IMG/VR virus record: IMGVR_UViG_3300045283_000397
Coordinates: 1-64,000 of that record
Reading direction: 5' to 3' (one strand)
Length of the DNA stretch: 64,000 nt
Source of the DNA: a virus
This document shows positions 27,590-36,227 of this stretch, piece by piece. The notes under the pieces were generated by a model. That model saw only the letters and a list, made by a program, of their open reading frames with translations, was not told the origin of the DNA and did not search any database. How positions within the stretch are numbered: position 1 is the stretch's first letter; each line of letters opens with the position of its first letter. Made by a program: the position numbers and the translations under genes.

Positions 27590-29094
27590 CGTATGCGGGT
27601 CCCGGTCATGCGCTTGCCCCTGCGCTCGTGCGCGTCCCACATATCGCGAAGTGTCACGGTGCAAACCTCGGGATTGGTCGAGAGTATCTTATCGGGCTCG
27701 GTGGGTGCGGGCGGACGGCCGGGGATCATGCGGTCGATTACCTGGCCGATTAATCCGAGAGCATCAACCTGATCATCGTTTCTGCCCACCGGGAAGGCCA
27801 GGAGCTCCTGGCGGAAGTCGGGGTACCAAGCGGCTTGGGCAGGTACATAGAGGCCGCGCGTGGCCGCTCGCCCGCGAATGGATTGCGCGCGGATGGCCTT
27901 GTCGCTCCGCGTAGGGAATTGCGCGCGCACCACGTTGATACGGCGCTCGAGCAAGCGCTTATGCAGGAACGGGCCCACGCCCGACTTGATCTGGCCGCTT
28001 TCTTCCGCCCAGCCCGCGGGCTTCCATTTGTCCATCATGTCGCACTGGGTCTCCACCCAGATGTCAGAGCTCGTGCGCGCGCGCCAGAGGTCCAGCACGT
28101 AGATGCGCTCCTCCGGGTCCACGCCCACCACGATGTGGCAGGTGTAGTCGCCGCCGTCGGACGTGACGGCATAATCCGAGGCGCCGTAGACGTGGAGCGT
28201 GTCGCGTGCCGGGGGGTCCACGTAGGGGCGCAGCCAATCGGCCGAGAAGTAGATGCCCTGGTCGGGGGTGGGGTTCTGCTGGTAGAGCGCGGACCAATCG
28301 GCAGCTTGGGTATTGGCACGAATGCGCTCCAAGGCCCTGAGATCATACTTCTCGGGCCAGAGAGCGCGGCCATCATCATCGATGGCCTTGAGCTCGACAA
28401 CCTCCCAGCGGTCGCCGCCCGCGGCCTGCTGGTCCAGCAGCATTCCCGAGAGGTCCTGCTCGTGCATGCGGTGGTTGATGAGCACAATGGCGCCGCGCTC
28501 TTCGAGACGGTTGTAGGCGGTGCCCGAGAACCACGTCATTACCGCCTTGCGCTCAGCCTCGGACCGGGCGTCGGCCATGGACCCGAAGGGATCGTCGATG
28601 AGCAGCACGTGGGCGCCGCGGCCCATGATGTCGGAGCCTATGCCCACCGCGTAGTAGCTACCGCCTTGCTCGGTATTCCAGCGGCCCTTGGCCTGGCTGT
28701 CGCCGCTCAGACGTGTTTGAAAAAGTCGAGCGTACTCGGGTGAGCCCACGAGATTCCGCACATCGCGTCCAAAATCCTCCGCGAGCGGTCCGGAGGCAGA
28801 AGCGCTAATGAATTGTCTATGAGGGTAATGGCCGAGGTAGAAGGCCGGGAAGCGCCGGCTGGCGAGCTCGGACTTGCCATGCCGGGGGGGCACGAGGAGC
28901 ATGAGGCGGTCGGTCTGACCACGAAGGATCCTTTCGAGCTGGGCGGCGATTTGGCGGTGGAAAGACGCGGTTTGATAGCGAGGGTAAGTGTACTCGGTAA
29001 ATTCAATGAGTGAAACGCGTGCCGCGCGGCGGCGCAGCAGCTCGCTCGCTGCGCTCGGGGGCGGCACTGCGTACGATGGCTGCGAGCTCCTCAT
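27586..29094 (-). CDS. terL: Terminase large subunit
   Basis: PPRHGKS Walker A, LLIDDP Walker B, ALYQQNP, nuclease ASD.A and DDQVDA. Confidence 0.95.
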   Translation of the reverse strand: MRSSQPSYAVPPPSAASELLRRRAARVSLIEFTEYTYPRYQTASFHRQIAAQLERILRGQTDRLMLLVPPRHGKSELASRRFPAFYLGHYPHRQFISASASGPLAEDFGRDVRNLVGSPEYARLFQTRLSGDSQAKGRWNTEQGGSYYAVGIGSDIMGRGAHVLLIDDPFGSMADARSEAERKAVMTWFSGTAYNRLEERGAIVLINHRMHEQDLSGMLLDQQAAGGDRWEVVELKAIDDDGRALWPEKYDLRALERIRANTQAADWSALYQQNPTPDQGIYFSADWLRPYVDPPARDTLHVYGASDYAVTSDGGDYTCHIVVGVDPEERIYVLDLWRARTSSDIWVETQCDMMDKWKPAGWAEESGQIKSGVGPFLHKRLLERRINVVRAQFPTRSDKAIRAQSIRGRAATRGLYVPAQAAWYPDFRQELLAFPVGRNDDQVDALGLIGQVIDRMIPGRPPAPTEPDKILSTNPEVCTVTLRDMWDAHERRGKRMTGTRIR

Positions 29095-29509
29095 CCGTCA
29101 ATTCCCTGGCGTCGGCGCGCCGTATGGTGTGGTCTACCTCGGTGCGGCTACGCCACAACTCGGGCTGGCGGTTCTCCAGCCAATACTGCGCGGCAGAAGG
29201 CTCTGCCGGCACGTGGCGCGTCTTGGTGGCCTGGACCAGTGTGCCATCCTTGCGGGTGTAGGAGTAGGGCTCCTCCACGTCGTAGCCGGTGGCGCGCCGG
29301 TAGAGCGCCATGGTCACGCGCTGGTCGGCCATCTGGCCGCCGACTTGGATTGCTCGGCGGAAATCGTCGTGGCAGCAAGCCCAGAGCTGGATCTGGGCGA
29401 GGCTCACGGCGAAGTGCTTGGCGAGCTCGACCTCGCTGGCGCCGTTGGCGCAGAGCTGCTCGGCTGCGGCCGCGTAGGCGGGGTCGTACGGCTTGCAGGC
29501 GTCACTCAT
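29003..29509 (-). CDS. terS: Terminase small subunit
   Basis: HTH N-terminus, LYRRATGY...HVPAEPSAAQYWLENRQPELWR; directly upstream of TerL. Confidence 0.8.
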   Translation of the reverse strand: MSDACKPYDPAYAAAAEQLCANGASEVELAKHFAVSLAQIQLWACCHDDFRRAIQVGGQMADQRVTMALYRRATGYDVEEPYSYTRKDGTLVQATKTRHVPAEPSAAQYWLENRQPELWRSRTEVDHTIRRADARELTDEELAAIVRSAAPERSERAAAPPRGTRFTH

Positions 29510-30027
29510 AGGAACCCATCAATCCCTTGGCGGCGCGCCTCGGCGCCCAGTTCCAGCGCGTTCAGCTCGCGCCCAGCTGGTTGTAGGCCCTCTCCGCTTA
29601 CGACACCACCAATGAGCGAACCACTCAACGCCTGCGGCTTAGGGCGCTTGTTCCAGGGCTTGAACTTCTTGATAGTGTCAATTGTCGGCCATGTTCCGTC
29701 AAAGGTCAAGGCGCGGTCGTCAATTGTGACAAAAGCACTGGGCTTGTGTAGCGGCCACAATATCGAAGAAAGCTTGTCATCCGATACGGTATCGTGGTCA
29801 AATACGCGGTAGAAATGCTGCTCTAACCACCAGCGCATTGCGCTGCGCCCGAACCAATGGTTCGAACGGGAAGATAAGATGGCTACGGTGAAATGCTCAG
29901 TGGCATCCCAAAGAAATTGCATAGCACCCGGCACAGGTGGATCGGGAATGTTGCGCGCGCCCTTCCACCCGCTCGTATAGCTATGTAGCACGCCATCAAA
30001 ATCGAGGCACAAAATGGGCTTATTCAT
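29506..30027 (-). CDS. HAD-family phosphatase
   Basis: DFDGVLH, SSR and IDDRA motifs. Confidence 0.75.
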   Translation of the reverse strand: MNKPILCLDFDGVLHSYTSGWKGARNIPDPPVPGAMQFLWDATEHFTVAILSSRSNHWFGRSAMRWWLEQHFYRVFDHDTVSDDKLSSILWPLHKPSAFVTIDDRALTFDGTWPTIDTIKKFKPWNKRPKPQALSGSLIGGVVSGEGLQPAGRELNALELGAEARRQGIDGFL

Positions 30028-30028
30028 G

Positions 30029-30289
30029 CTAGTACATCCTGAACCCCCGGGCGATCGGCCCGGGCTTGCTAAACTTGCGCGGGGCTACCGGCACGAGGTC
30101 CTTGCCATCGCGCAAGTCTTCCCACAGCTTCTGCATGGCTCCCTGGCGCGCGCGGCGGCGCTCGCGCCAGAGCGCCCCGATTACCGCGTTGCGCGTCATG
30201 CCGAAGCGCGCGGCTAACGCGGCGATGGGCGTGCCGTTGTCGGCGAGGTCGAGCAGCGCGGCGTCGCGCGCCTCGTTAGGGCGCTTCAC
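30029..30289 (-). CDS. GcrA-like HTH protein
   Basis: LAARFGMTRNAVIGALWR resembles the GcrA N-terminal HTH; GTG start overlaps the upstream stop. Confidence 0.6.
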   Translation of the reverse strand: MKRPNEARDAALLDLADNGTPIAALAARFGMTRNAVIGALWRERRRARQGAMQKLWEDLRDGKDLVPVAPRKFSKPGPIARGFRMY

Positions 30290-30582
30290 AGGCCACGCTC
30301 GATGCGCGCGAGATGATCTTCGCAAATGGAAAGAAGACTCTTCATCCGCTCATGGCGGCGCGTCAAATCCTGAATCAACCCAGCCGAGGTGCCCGGCGCC
30401 GAGGCCCCGGGAGAGCCTTCAGTCGGGCGCGGCTCGGACCCATGAACGCGGTCCGAAATGAGAAGCAGCGCGCTGGCTACCTTGCCCAAGCGGTCCAACT
30501 GGCCATCTAAATCGCTCAAGAGCGACGTCAGCGTAGCGGGCGAAGAACCTGTTCCACTTTGGCTGTTTGCAAACTTATCCAT
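30286..30582 (-). CDS. Hypothetical protein
   Basis: ORF with SD GGAG. Confidence 0.5.
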   Translation of the reverse strand: MDKFANSQSGTGSSPATLTSLLSDLDGQLDRLGKVASALLLISDRVHGSEPRPTEGSPGASAPGTSAGLIQDLTRRHERMKSLLSICEDHLARIERGL

Positions 30583-30916
30583 AGCCGCTCTCCCTTAGTT
30601 GTTCCTTGCGCTCGCCCCGGCCGACGTCATCCTCGCCCGTCCTTTGCTTCCAATACCAGCACCATGCGGTGGGCGCGATGTCGCCCGCGACCTCGGTGCA
30701 GCTGCGCGGGCGGCGGTAGTGCGCGCAAATGCCCGGGCGCCCGGAAGGCCCGCAATGGCGCAGCGGGTTGCGCGCGGGGTTCTCATAGCCGGCCTCGGCC
30801 TTGCTCCGCTTGCCGCGATGCTCGTCGGCTGCGGCGCTAATGGTCGCGCGGAGCGCGACGTTGGGCGGGGGTTTTGCCCGACTACGCACGCCTTCACCAC
30901 CGCGATAAAGCGCCAT
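30575..30916 (-). CDS. Hypothetical protein with a small Cys cluster
   Basis: C..C..Y....SC..VAGDIAPTAWC..W, HiPIP-like spacing. Confidence 0.5.
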   Translation of the reverse strand: MALYRGGEGVRSRAKPPPNVALRATISAAADEHRGKRSKAEAGYENPARNPLRHCGPSGRPGICAHYRRPRSCTEVAGDIAPTAWCWYWKQRTGEDDVGRGERKEQLRESGYG

Positions 30917-30918
30917 GG

Positions 30919-31215
30919 CTAGGTGTTGACGGTGGCCTTGAGGTCGCTCACCGCGGCCGGCGCGGCGGCAGCGATGGTCGCCGTAGCGGTGTTGCTGGGC
31001 GCGCTTACGGCTCCGGTCTTGTCTTGCACGATCACGGTGAAGGAATGCTCCCCCGGCGTCAAATCGCCGGTGGTAAAGGAGCCCCCGGCACCATCCACCA
31101 CGCCGATCTCGCGGTCGCCGTTGAAGACCTTGGTGCCCGCGATCTGGTCCGCGGGGAGCGGGGAGCCATCAGCGCGGGTGGTGGGGGGAGTCCAAGTCAG
31201 CGTTGCGGTGGCCAT
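30919..31215 (-). CDS. Fibronectin type III-like small protein
   Basis: ATLTWTPPTTRADGSPL...FTV...D..G..SAPSN; SD AGGAG. Confidence 0.65.
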   Translation of the reverse strand: MATATLTWTPPTTRADGSPLPADQIAGTKVFNGDREIGVVDGAGGSFTTGDLTPGEHSFTVIVQDKTGAVSAPSNTATATIAAAAPAAVSDLKATVNT

Positions 31216-31339
31216 GGTGCGGCTCCTATGGTGGCGGACGCGATAGCGGATGCGCAGATCGAGCAGATAGATGAAGGCGGACGCGGGCGGCGCGCGATGA
31301 TGGCGATGGGGCCAGAGCCTGATGAACATCGCATCAGGA

Positions 31340-31708
31340 CTATTTGCCACGCTTTCCGACACGGTGGGCCGATGGGTGCCCCGAGTTCCTAAGCATACCC
31401 GAGCGCTGATGCACCCCATAGGAAAATCCGTGGGCATTTTGCGCAGCCGGTGGGCGGAAACTGTGCGCGCCACCCTCTCCCGATCTTTGGTGATGGGCAG
31501 CAAGCCCGAAATTCGGCGTGGCGTGCTGCTGCCCGGCCACCAGCTCGGTATTCTTGCCCTCGCTGTGGCCCTCGCCATGGGCCATGAGCTCGGGCACCGC
31601 GACGCGGTGCGGCGCGGCGATGCCGGTCTTGACGGAACCGCGGCTGGACTTCGGCTGCCGCGCGTGGCCGGCGCCCTCGCGCGGCTTGGGCTGGGATTTC
31701 ATGCTCAT
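31340..31708 (-). CDS. Basic, His-rich hypothetical protein
   Basis: Coupled ORF. Confidence 0.5.
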   Translation of the reverse strand: MSMKSQPKPREGAGHARQPKSSRGSVKTGIAAPHRVAVPELMAHGEGHSEGKNTELVAGQQHATPNFGLAAHHQRSGEGGAHSFRPPAAQNAHGFSYGVHQRSGMLRNSGHPSAHRVGKRGK

Positions 31709-31890
31709 CGGCGTTTGCCTTTCGGTTTGATGTTGGCCTCGCGCATTGCAATCGCAATCGCCTGGGGCCGCGAGGTCACCACGGGCCCGCGCTTGCTGCC
31801 GCTGTGCAGCTTTCCCTGCTTAAACGAATGAAGCTCCCGCTTCACGACCGCGCGCTTCTGGGCCTTGGTCTTGGTCGGTCCTACCGGCAT
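31705..31890 (-). CDS. DUF6496-like small basic protein
   Basis: FKQGKLHSGSKRGPVVTSRPQAIAIAMREA. Confidence 0.7.
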   Translation of the reverse strand: MPVGPTKTKAQKRAVVKRELHSFKQGKLHSGSKRGPVVTSRPQAIAIAMREANIKPKGKRR

Positions 31891-32763
31891 GCTGCAACCT
31901 CGTAAGTCCCCGGGCCGTAAAGTATCATCTCGATTTGCTGTAGGACGCGCCCCTCCCACATTTTCTCATGTATCCAGGCCGGGCGCGACTTGCCCCGGCG
32001 CGCGGCAGCGCATGCCAACCTGTGCGCCTCGCTCTGGCGCTTGCCTGTCTTGGCCAAGCTTATCTTGGCGCGCGACTCGGGCCGGTGTTTGCGCCCAGTC
32101 CAATGCGAGCCGTCCCTCTCGAAGCGCCGCTTGGCCGAGGCGCTCATCTTGAGCCGAGCCTCCGGGGTATGTCCCCAGCCGGTGCGGATACGGCTCATCT
32201 TGGCGCGGGTCTCGGTGGACTGGCCCCGGCGCGCGCTGGCCTCGCCGATCGCGGCGCGGTGCTCCTCACTCAATTTGCGCCCGAGCGAATATTTGTTGCC
32301 CCTGCGCTGCTCTGACATGAGCGCGCGGGTCTCGGGGCTATGCCGCATTCCCTCCGCGAACTTATTACCAGTCATCAGCTCGCGCATCATCGCGATCCAT
32401 TCGGGAGTCTGCTTGGTGCCCTTCCGGCTGGAAGCCAAACCCGACTCCCTGAAAGCCACCTGGGCGCGCGCGTATTGCCAACCGCTGATCACGCGCCTCT
32501 TATGCAAATGGCGCTGCCCCATGCGCACCATGGCGTAGTTCATGCGGCGCCTGGCGTCACCCTCGGTAAATTTGATAAGCAGCCAGTGGACCAGGAAGTG
32601 CTCGCGAAAAGTCAAATCAACCAAATTCTCCCGCTTATTGCTGCCGCCCAAGCAGCGCGGGATCACGTGATGGCGCTCGGTATACTCGCCCACCGGACCG
32701 CGCGCCCTGGCCCTCGCAATCAGGGGTATCATACCAGCGCCGATATTTATTTTCCAAAAACAT
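31881..32763 (-). CDS. HNH homing endonuclease with NUMOD3 repeats; apparent +1 frameshift near the start
   Basis: ERHHVIPRCLGGSN..NLV.LT.REHF..H and repeated HSPETRALMS motifs. The natural-looking start MFLENKYRRWYDT (32763) is out of frame by one C at 32723-32726. Confidence 0.8.
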
Positions 32764-32910
32764 GCGCGCCTATTTGCTCCTACGCAGCACCTTGCGCGCC
32801 GGCTTTTACGGCGCACGATAGCCGCCCACAGGACGGCGCTTGGGGGCCCGCGCCGCACGGTTGCGCGCGGTGGTCGTGATGATCTCGGGCAGGCCGGGCG
32901 CGCCGGGCAT

Positions 32911-33210
32911 CTAGGCCACCGCCGCCGCTTCCGCGGCCACCGCCGCGCGGGCGCGCGCCAGCGCCTGGCCAAACGTCCAATCGAATGGAAATAGGGACCC
33001 CCGCCCGCGCGCGATGACGCCGGGGTCGCGCCCAGCGTAGATGGCCATAATCTCGGGCGGCCAGCCCATGCGGTCGTGGTCGCCCATCCACTGCGCGATG
33101 AGACATCTCCCGCAGTCATGGAAATTGTAGGTCTTGCCCGGGTCGCGCGTCTCCAGCCACGCGATGAGGTCATGCACGTCGCGCTTGCGCCATTGCGGAT
33201 TGTAGAGCAT
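32911..33210 (-). CDS. Hypothetical protein
   Basis: MLYNPQW...LIAWLE...CLIAQW...TFGQALARAR; SD GGAG. Confidence 0.6.
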   Translation of the reverse strand: MLYNPQWRKRDVHDLIAWLETRDPGKTYNFHDCGRCLIAQWMGDHDRMGWPPEIMAIYAGRDPGVIARGRGSLFPFDWTFGQALARARAAVAAEAAAVA

Positions 33211-33360
33211 CGTTTCAGCTCCCTGTCCAGTAGTGCCAAACGTAGGCGAGCAGCGGCCATCCAAATAAAACGAATAAAGTGGCCGCCGCGATGAAGGCCA
33301 GCACACCCAGCAGAAGCTCACGCAACGCGAACTTACCCGGCGGCTAGGTGCGATAGACGC

Positions 33361-33624
33361 TCACGCGCCGATCACAAGTTCGATGTCGCAAGCCTGCTGG
33401 CCGCGCTTGGTGGTCTCCACGCGGAAGCGCACCGGGTCGCCCTCCTTGATCTCGGGCAGCCCGGCCTTCTTGAGCGCGCTGACGTGCATGAACACGTCGG
33501 GCTCGCCCTCGCGCCCGATGAAACCGAAGCCCCTACTCTCGTTATACCATTTAACCTTCCCCTCCAATTTTGCGCCATTAGCACTAACCGGGGGGGATTG
33601 CGCAACTATCGTTCCGTCGCTCAT
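33361..33624 (-). CDS. csp: Cold-shock domain protein
   Basis: GKVKWYNESRGFGFI (RNP1) and DVFMHVSAL (RNP2); SD AGGAG. Confidence 0.92.
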   Translation of the reverse strand: MSDGTIVAQSPPVSANGAKLEGKVKWYNESRGFGFIGREGEPDVFMHVSALKKAGLPEIKEGDPVRFRVETTKRGQQACDIELVIGA

Positions 33625-33773
33625 TTCTCGTCGTCTCCTACGTCTGATCTCGATCCGAACGTTTAACATCCGGTTCCGATACTTCTCAAGATTCACAGTC
33701 CAGACCTCAAGTGGTACAACGAAGGGGATTTGCATAGCCGGGGGCCACCCCAGGTGCGTTTCTGGGTGCACGC

Positions 33774-34892
33774 TCATCCTACCTGGATCACGTTATGCAC
33801 CCCCAGACCAATCCCGGCCTGGAGAATGTTTCTAGCAGCGTTCCAGTCCCTGTCAATAACTAGCCCGCACTCAGTGCATGCATGCGTTCGCATAGCTAAG
33901 GACTTAAAGACCAGCGCCCCGCAGCCAGAACATTTTTGCGACGTATTCCTCGGATCTACCCTAACAAAGTGAACACCGGCCCTTTCAGCCTTGTATTCCA
34001 GGTAGCCAAGGAACTTAGCCCATGAAGCATCGGCGATTGAACGCGCTACCGTCGAACAGCGCATCATACCATTTATTCTTAAATCTTCAACAGCGACTAA
34101 ATCTGTGCGCTTAATCAAAGCCGCTGCTTGCTGGTGCAGCCAAGTGGCGCGTGTATTAGATATCTTACGATATATTCGCGCCACTCTAGCTCGCGCCTTA
34201 CGGCGGCGATTACTATGACGTCGGCAACGCGCCAAGGCTCGCTGCGCCACACGCATCTTACGTTCTGCCTTTCGCGCAACACGCGGGTTAGGCAGAACTA
34301 CCCCATCAGAACAATAAGCAAAGACCTTCAACCCTAAATCAATTCCTAACGCATCAGCCACGGCGCGCTTAGCTTCGGCATCAATCTCCAACCCAAAACA
34401 TACAACCCATCCCCGTTCTTCGCGCCTAAGAATACAAGAATATATCCGATGTTTCTTAGGTAACGGGCGATGGAAATGAACCCGCAAACCAGTCGCCATT
34501 CCCTTAAATCTAATTCTCTTACCAACAAACTGAACTGTAGAGGCCAGCCCAAAGCTATTCCAACCGTCTCTTCCTTTAAATCTGGGGAATCCAGCTTTAC
34601 CCCGTCGAGCCTTTACGCGCCTATAGAAACCTGCAAATGCTTCATCCAAACGCTTCAACGTCCAGCGCTGTAGCGCAACTGAGAAATTCGCCATTTCAGG
34701 CAATTCGCGACGACAAATCGTCAAAGATAAAGTTTGATCAACAAATGTAAGACCCTTCCCAGTCTTCCGGTAGCAATCAATCCGCTCCTCTAACGCAGCA
34801 TTGTACAACTGACGCTGAGATTCAAGAATACCCTCTAGCTGCCTATGCTGGCGCTTAGTCGGTAAGAGGCGATAACGATAAGTAAGAAACAA
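33774..34892 (-). CDS. tnpB: TnpB-family RNA-guided endonuclease (IS200/IS605 OrfB); no TnpA in the window
   Basis: TYRYRLLPT HTH; RuvC triad LGIDLG, VEDL, DRDWNAA; CSGCG...CTECG zinc finger. Confidence 0.92.
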   Translation of the reverse strand: MFLTYRYRLLPTKRQHRQLEGILESQRQLYNAALEERIDCYRKTGKGLTFVDQTLSLTICRRELPEMANFSVALQRWTLKRLDEAFAGFYRRVKARRGKAGFPRFKGRDGWNSFGLASTVQFVGKRIRFKGMATGLRVHFHRPLPKKHRIYSCILRREERGWVVCFGLEIDAEAKRAVADALGIDLGLKVFAYCSDGVVLPNPRVARKAERKMRVAQRALARCRRHSNRRRKARARVARIYRKISNTRATWLHQQAAALIKRTDLVAVEDLRINGMMRCSTVARSIADASWAKFLGYLEYKAERAGVHFVRVDPRNTSQKCSGCGALVFKSLAMRTHACTECGLVIDRDWNAARNILQAGIGLGVHNVIQVG

Positions 34893-34922
34893 CCGTTACC
34901 CCTCCCATTTCCATCGATGCCT

Positions 34923-34951
34923 ATTATAGCACCGAATCCGCGCGTGCGCTA
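34923..34951 (-). promoter_or_regulatory. Promoter for tnpB
   Basis: TAGCGC-N17-TATAAT with an extended TG; SD GGAGG before the TTG start. Confidence 0.55.
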
Positions 34952-34969
34952 GTCTCCGCGAGAGGCGAA

Positions 34970-35536
34970 CTAGGCCGCAGGTAAGCTCAACTCCTGCCGC
35001 GCCTTGCGCGGCCTCCAGTAGGGTCGCTTGGCCTTCTTCTCGCGCGGCTGGGCCGCCTCCAGCCACTCGTCGTCCATGTCGATGGGCACCTGGCGCCCCA
35101 TCATGCCCAGCAGCACGCGGCAACGCGCCTCGCCCGTGCGCGCATGCCAGATGGCTTCGAAGCCCTGGTAGGGGCCGCCGGCCACGCGCACTCTCTCGCC
35201 GGGGAGGAAGCGCTCCGCGCGCGGCGGGCGCGGGAAATCAATGATGGATTGGCGGTCGGCGCGGGCCAGCAGATCATCCATTATGGGCTGCGGCACAGTG
35301 CCTTGCACCATCGCCACGATGCCGTAGGTCTCGCGCACCTCGCGCCTAGCCGAACCCAACGGGCACCACGCGAACACATAGCGCGGGAATGAGGGGACTA
35401 GGCGCTCCTGCTTGCGGCCGCGCCGGACGCGGACCTCGAGATGGCGGAAGATGTGGAATGGCAACTGCTGGCGCGCAAGGCGCGCCGCGACCTGCGTCTC
35501 GGCGCCGGGGGCGGAGACCGCGAGCTTCCAGGTCAT
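34970..35536 (-). CDS. NusG/RfaH-like transcription antitermination factor
   Basis: NGN domain (SFPRYVF) and KOW motif (FLPGERVRVAGGPYQG...RCRVLLGMMGR). Confidence 0.82.
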   Translation of the reverse strand: MTWKLAVSAPGAETQVAARLARQQLPFHIFRHLEVRVRRGRKQERLVPSFPRYVFAWCPLGSARREVRETYGIVAMVQGTVPQPIMDDLLARADRQSIIDFPRPPRAERFLPGERVRVAGGPYQGFEAIWHARTGEARCRVLLGMMGRQVPIDMDDEWLEAAQPREKKAKRPYWRPRKARQELSLPAA

Positions 35537-35600
35537 GCGCTTTGGCCGGGGCGGTACATGCCCTAGCACCCCTAACGGGTAGCCCAGTCCGTACGCAGGC

Positions 35601-35629
35601 AGCTTAGCGCGTTTGCGCGGGCGGGTAAA
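35601..35629 (-). promoter_or_regulatory. Promoter upstream of the NusG-like gene
   Basis: TTTACC-N17-TAAGCT. Confidence 0.55.
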
Positions 35630-35712
35630 GGGCTAAGACAGGGCGACCCCGGCCCGATGCGGAACCGGGGTCGCCTGCGTTGATCTCACCTTCCGACAGG
35701 TGCGAAGGTAAA

Positions 35713-35741
35713 ATCTTAGCCTAACCGGGGAGCGCAGTAAA
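35713..35741 (-). promoter_or_regulatory. Second leftward promoter
   Basis: TTTACT-N17-TAAGAT. Confidence 0.55.
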
Positions 35742-35749
35742 GGCCTGGC

Positions 35750-36090
35750 CAGGGGTATTGACGGTATTGGTCCAACGCGCCTGCGCCTACGTGATCGCAC
35801 GAGCGCGCGGGTGAGGTTAATACTTCAATACTCAGGGCGTGCGGGCAAGGTTACGTGGGTGTGTTCAAGGGCTTACCCCCGGTCGTTTAGGTATTGGTTA
35901 GGTATTGAATATTGATTATCCCTATTAGTAGTAATCCTATAGCTATATGTAGTAGGGTTTTTGCTAATAATTCTACGCAGGAAAAACGTAAATCATAAAT
36001 ACCATAGTACCTTCACCCTATAGGTAGTGCCCCACAAAGCTACCTATAGGGCTAGCGCACACCCGTTTTATAGGCTAGCCTACCCGTACT
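35750..36090. other. AT-rich non-coding region, putative replication origin
   Basis: Sharp GC drop, repeated GGTATTG and TATAGG motifs; at the strand switch next to the primase gene. Confidence 0.5.
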
Positions 36091-36227
36091 ACCCTCCGAC
36101 AAGGACGATCAATGCCATGCCCTCCCACACCCATCTAAGGGAATACCGCCTTCCGCGCGCCACCGACGCGCCGGGAACTTCTCCCAACACCCCCGCGGAG
36201 GAGGTCCACCCAGCGCGCTGATGCGTC

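Noticed and set aside
31881-33260. 459-aa ORF as a single protein
   Set aside because: Its N-terminal part overlaps another gene out of frame; the endonuclease begins near 32763/32732.
33738-33758. Self-target of the putative TnpB guide (GCACCTGGG matches near 1488, 1540 and 47098)
   Set aside because: Only 9-10 nt match, which is expected by chance in GC-rich DNA.
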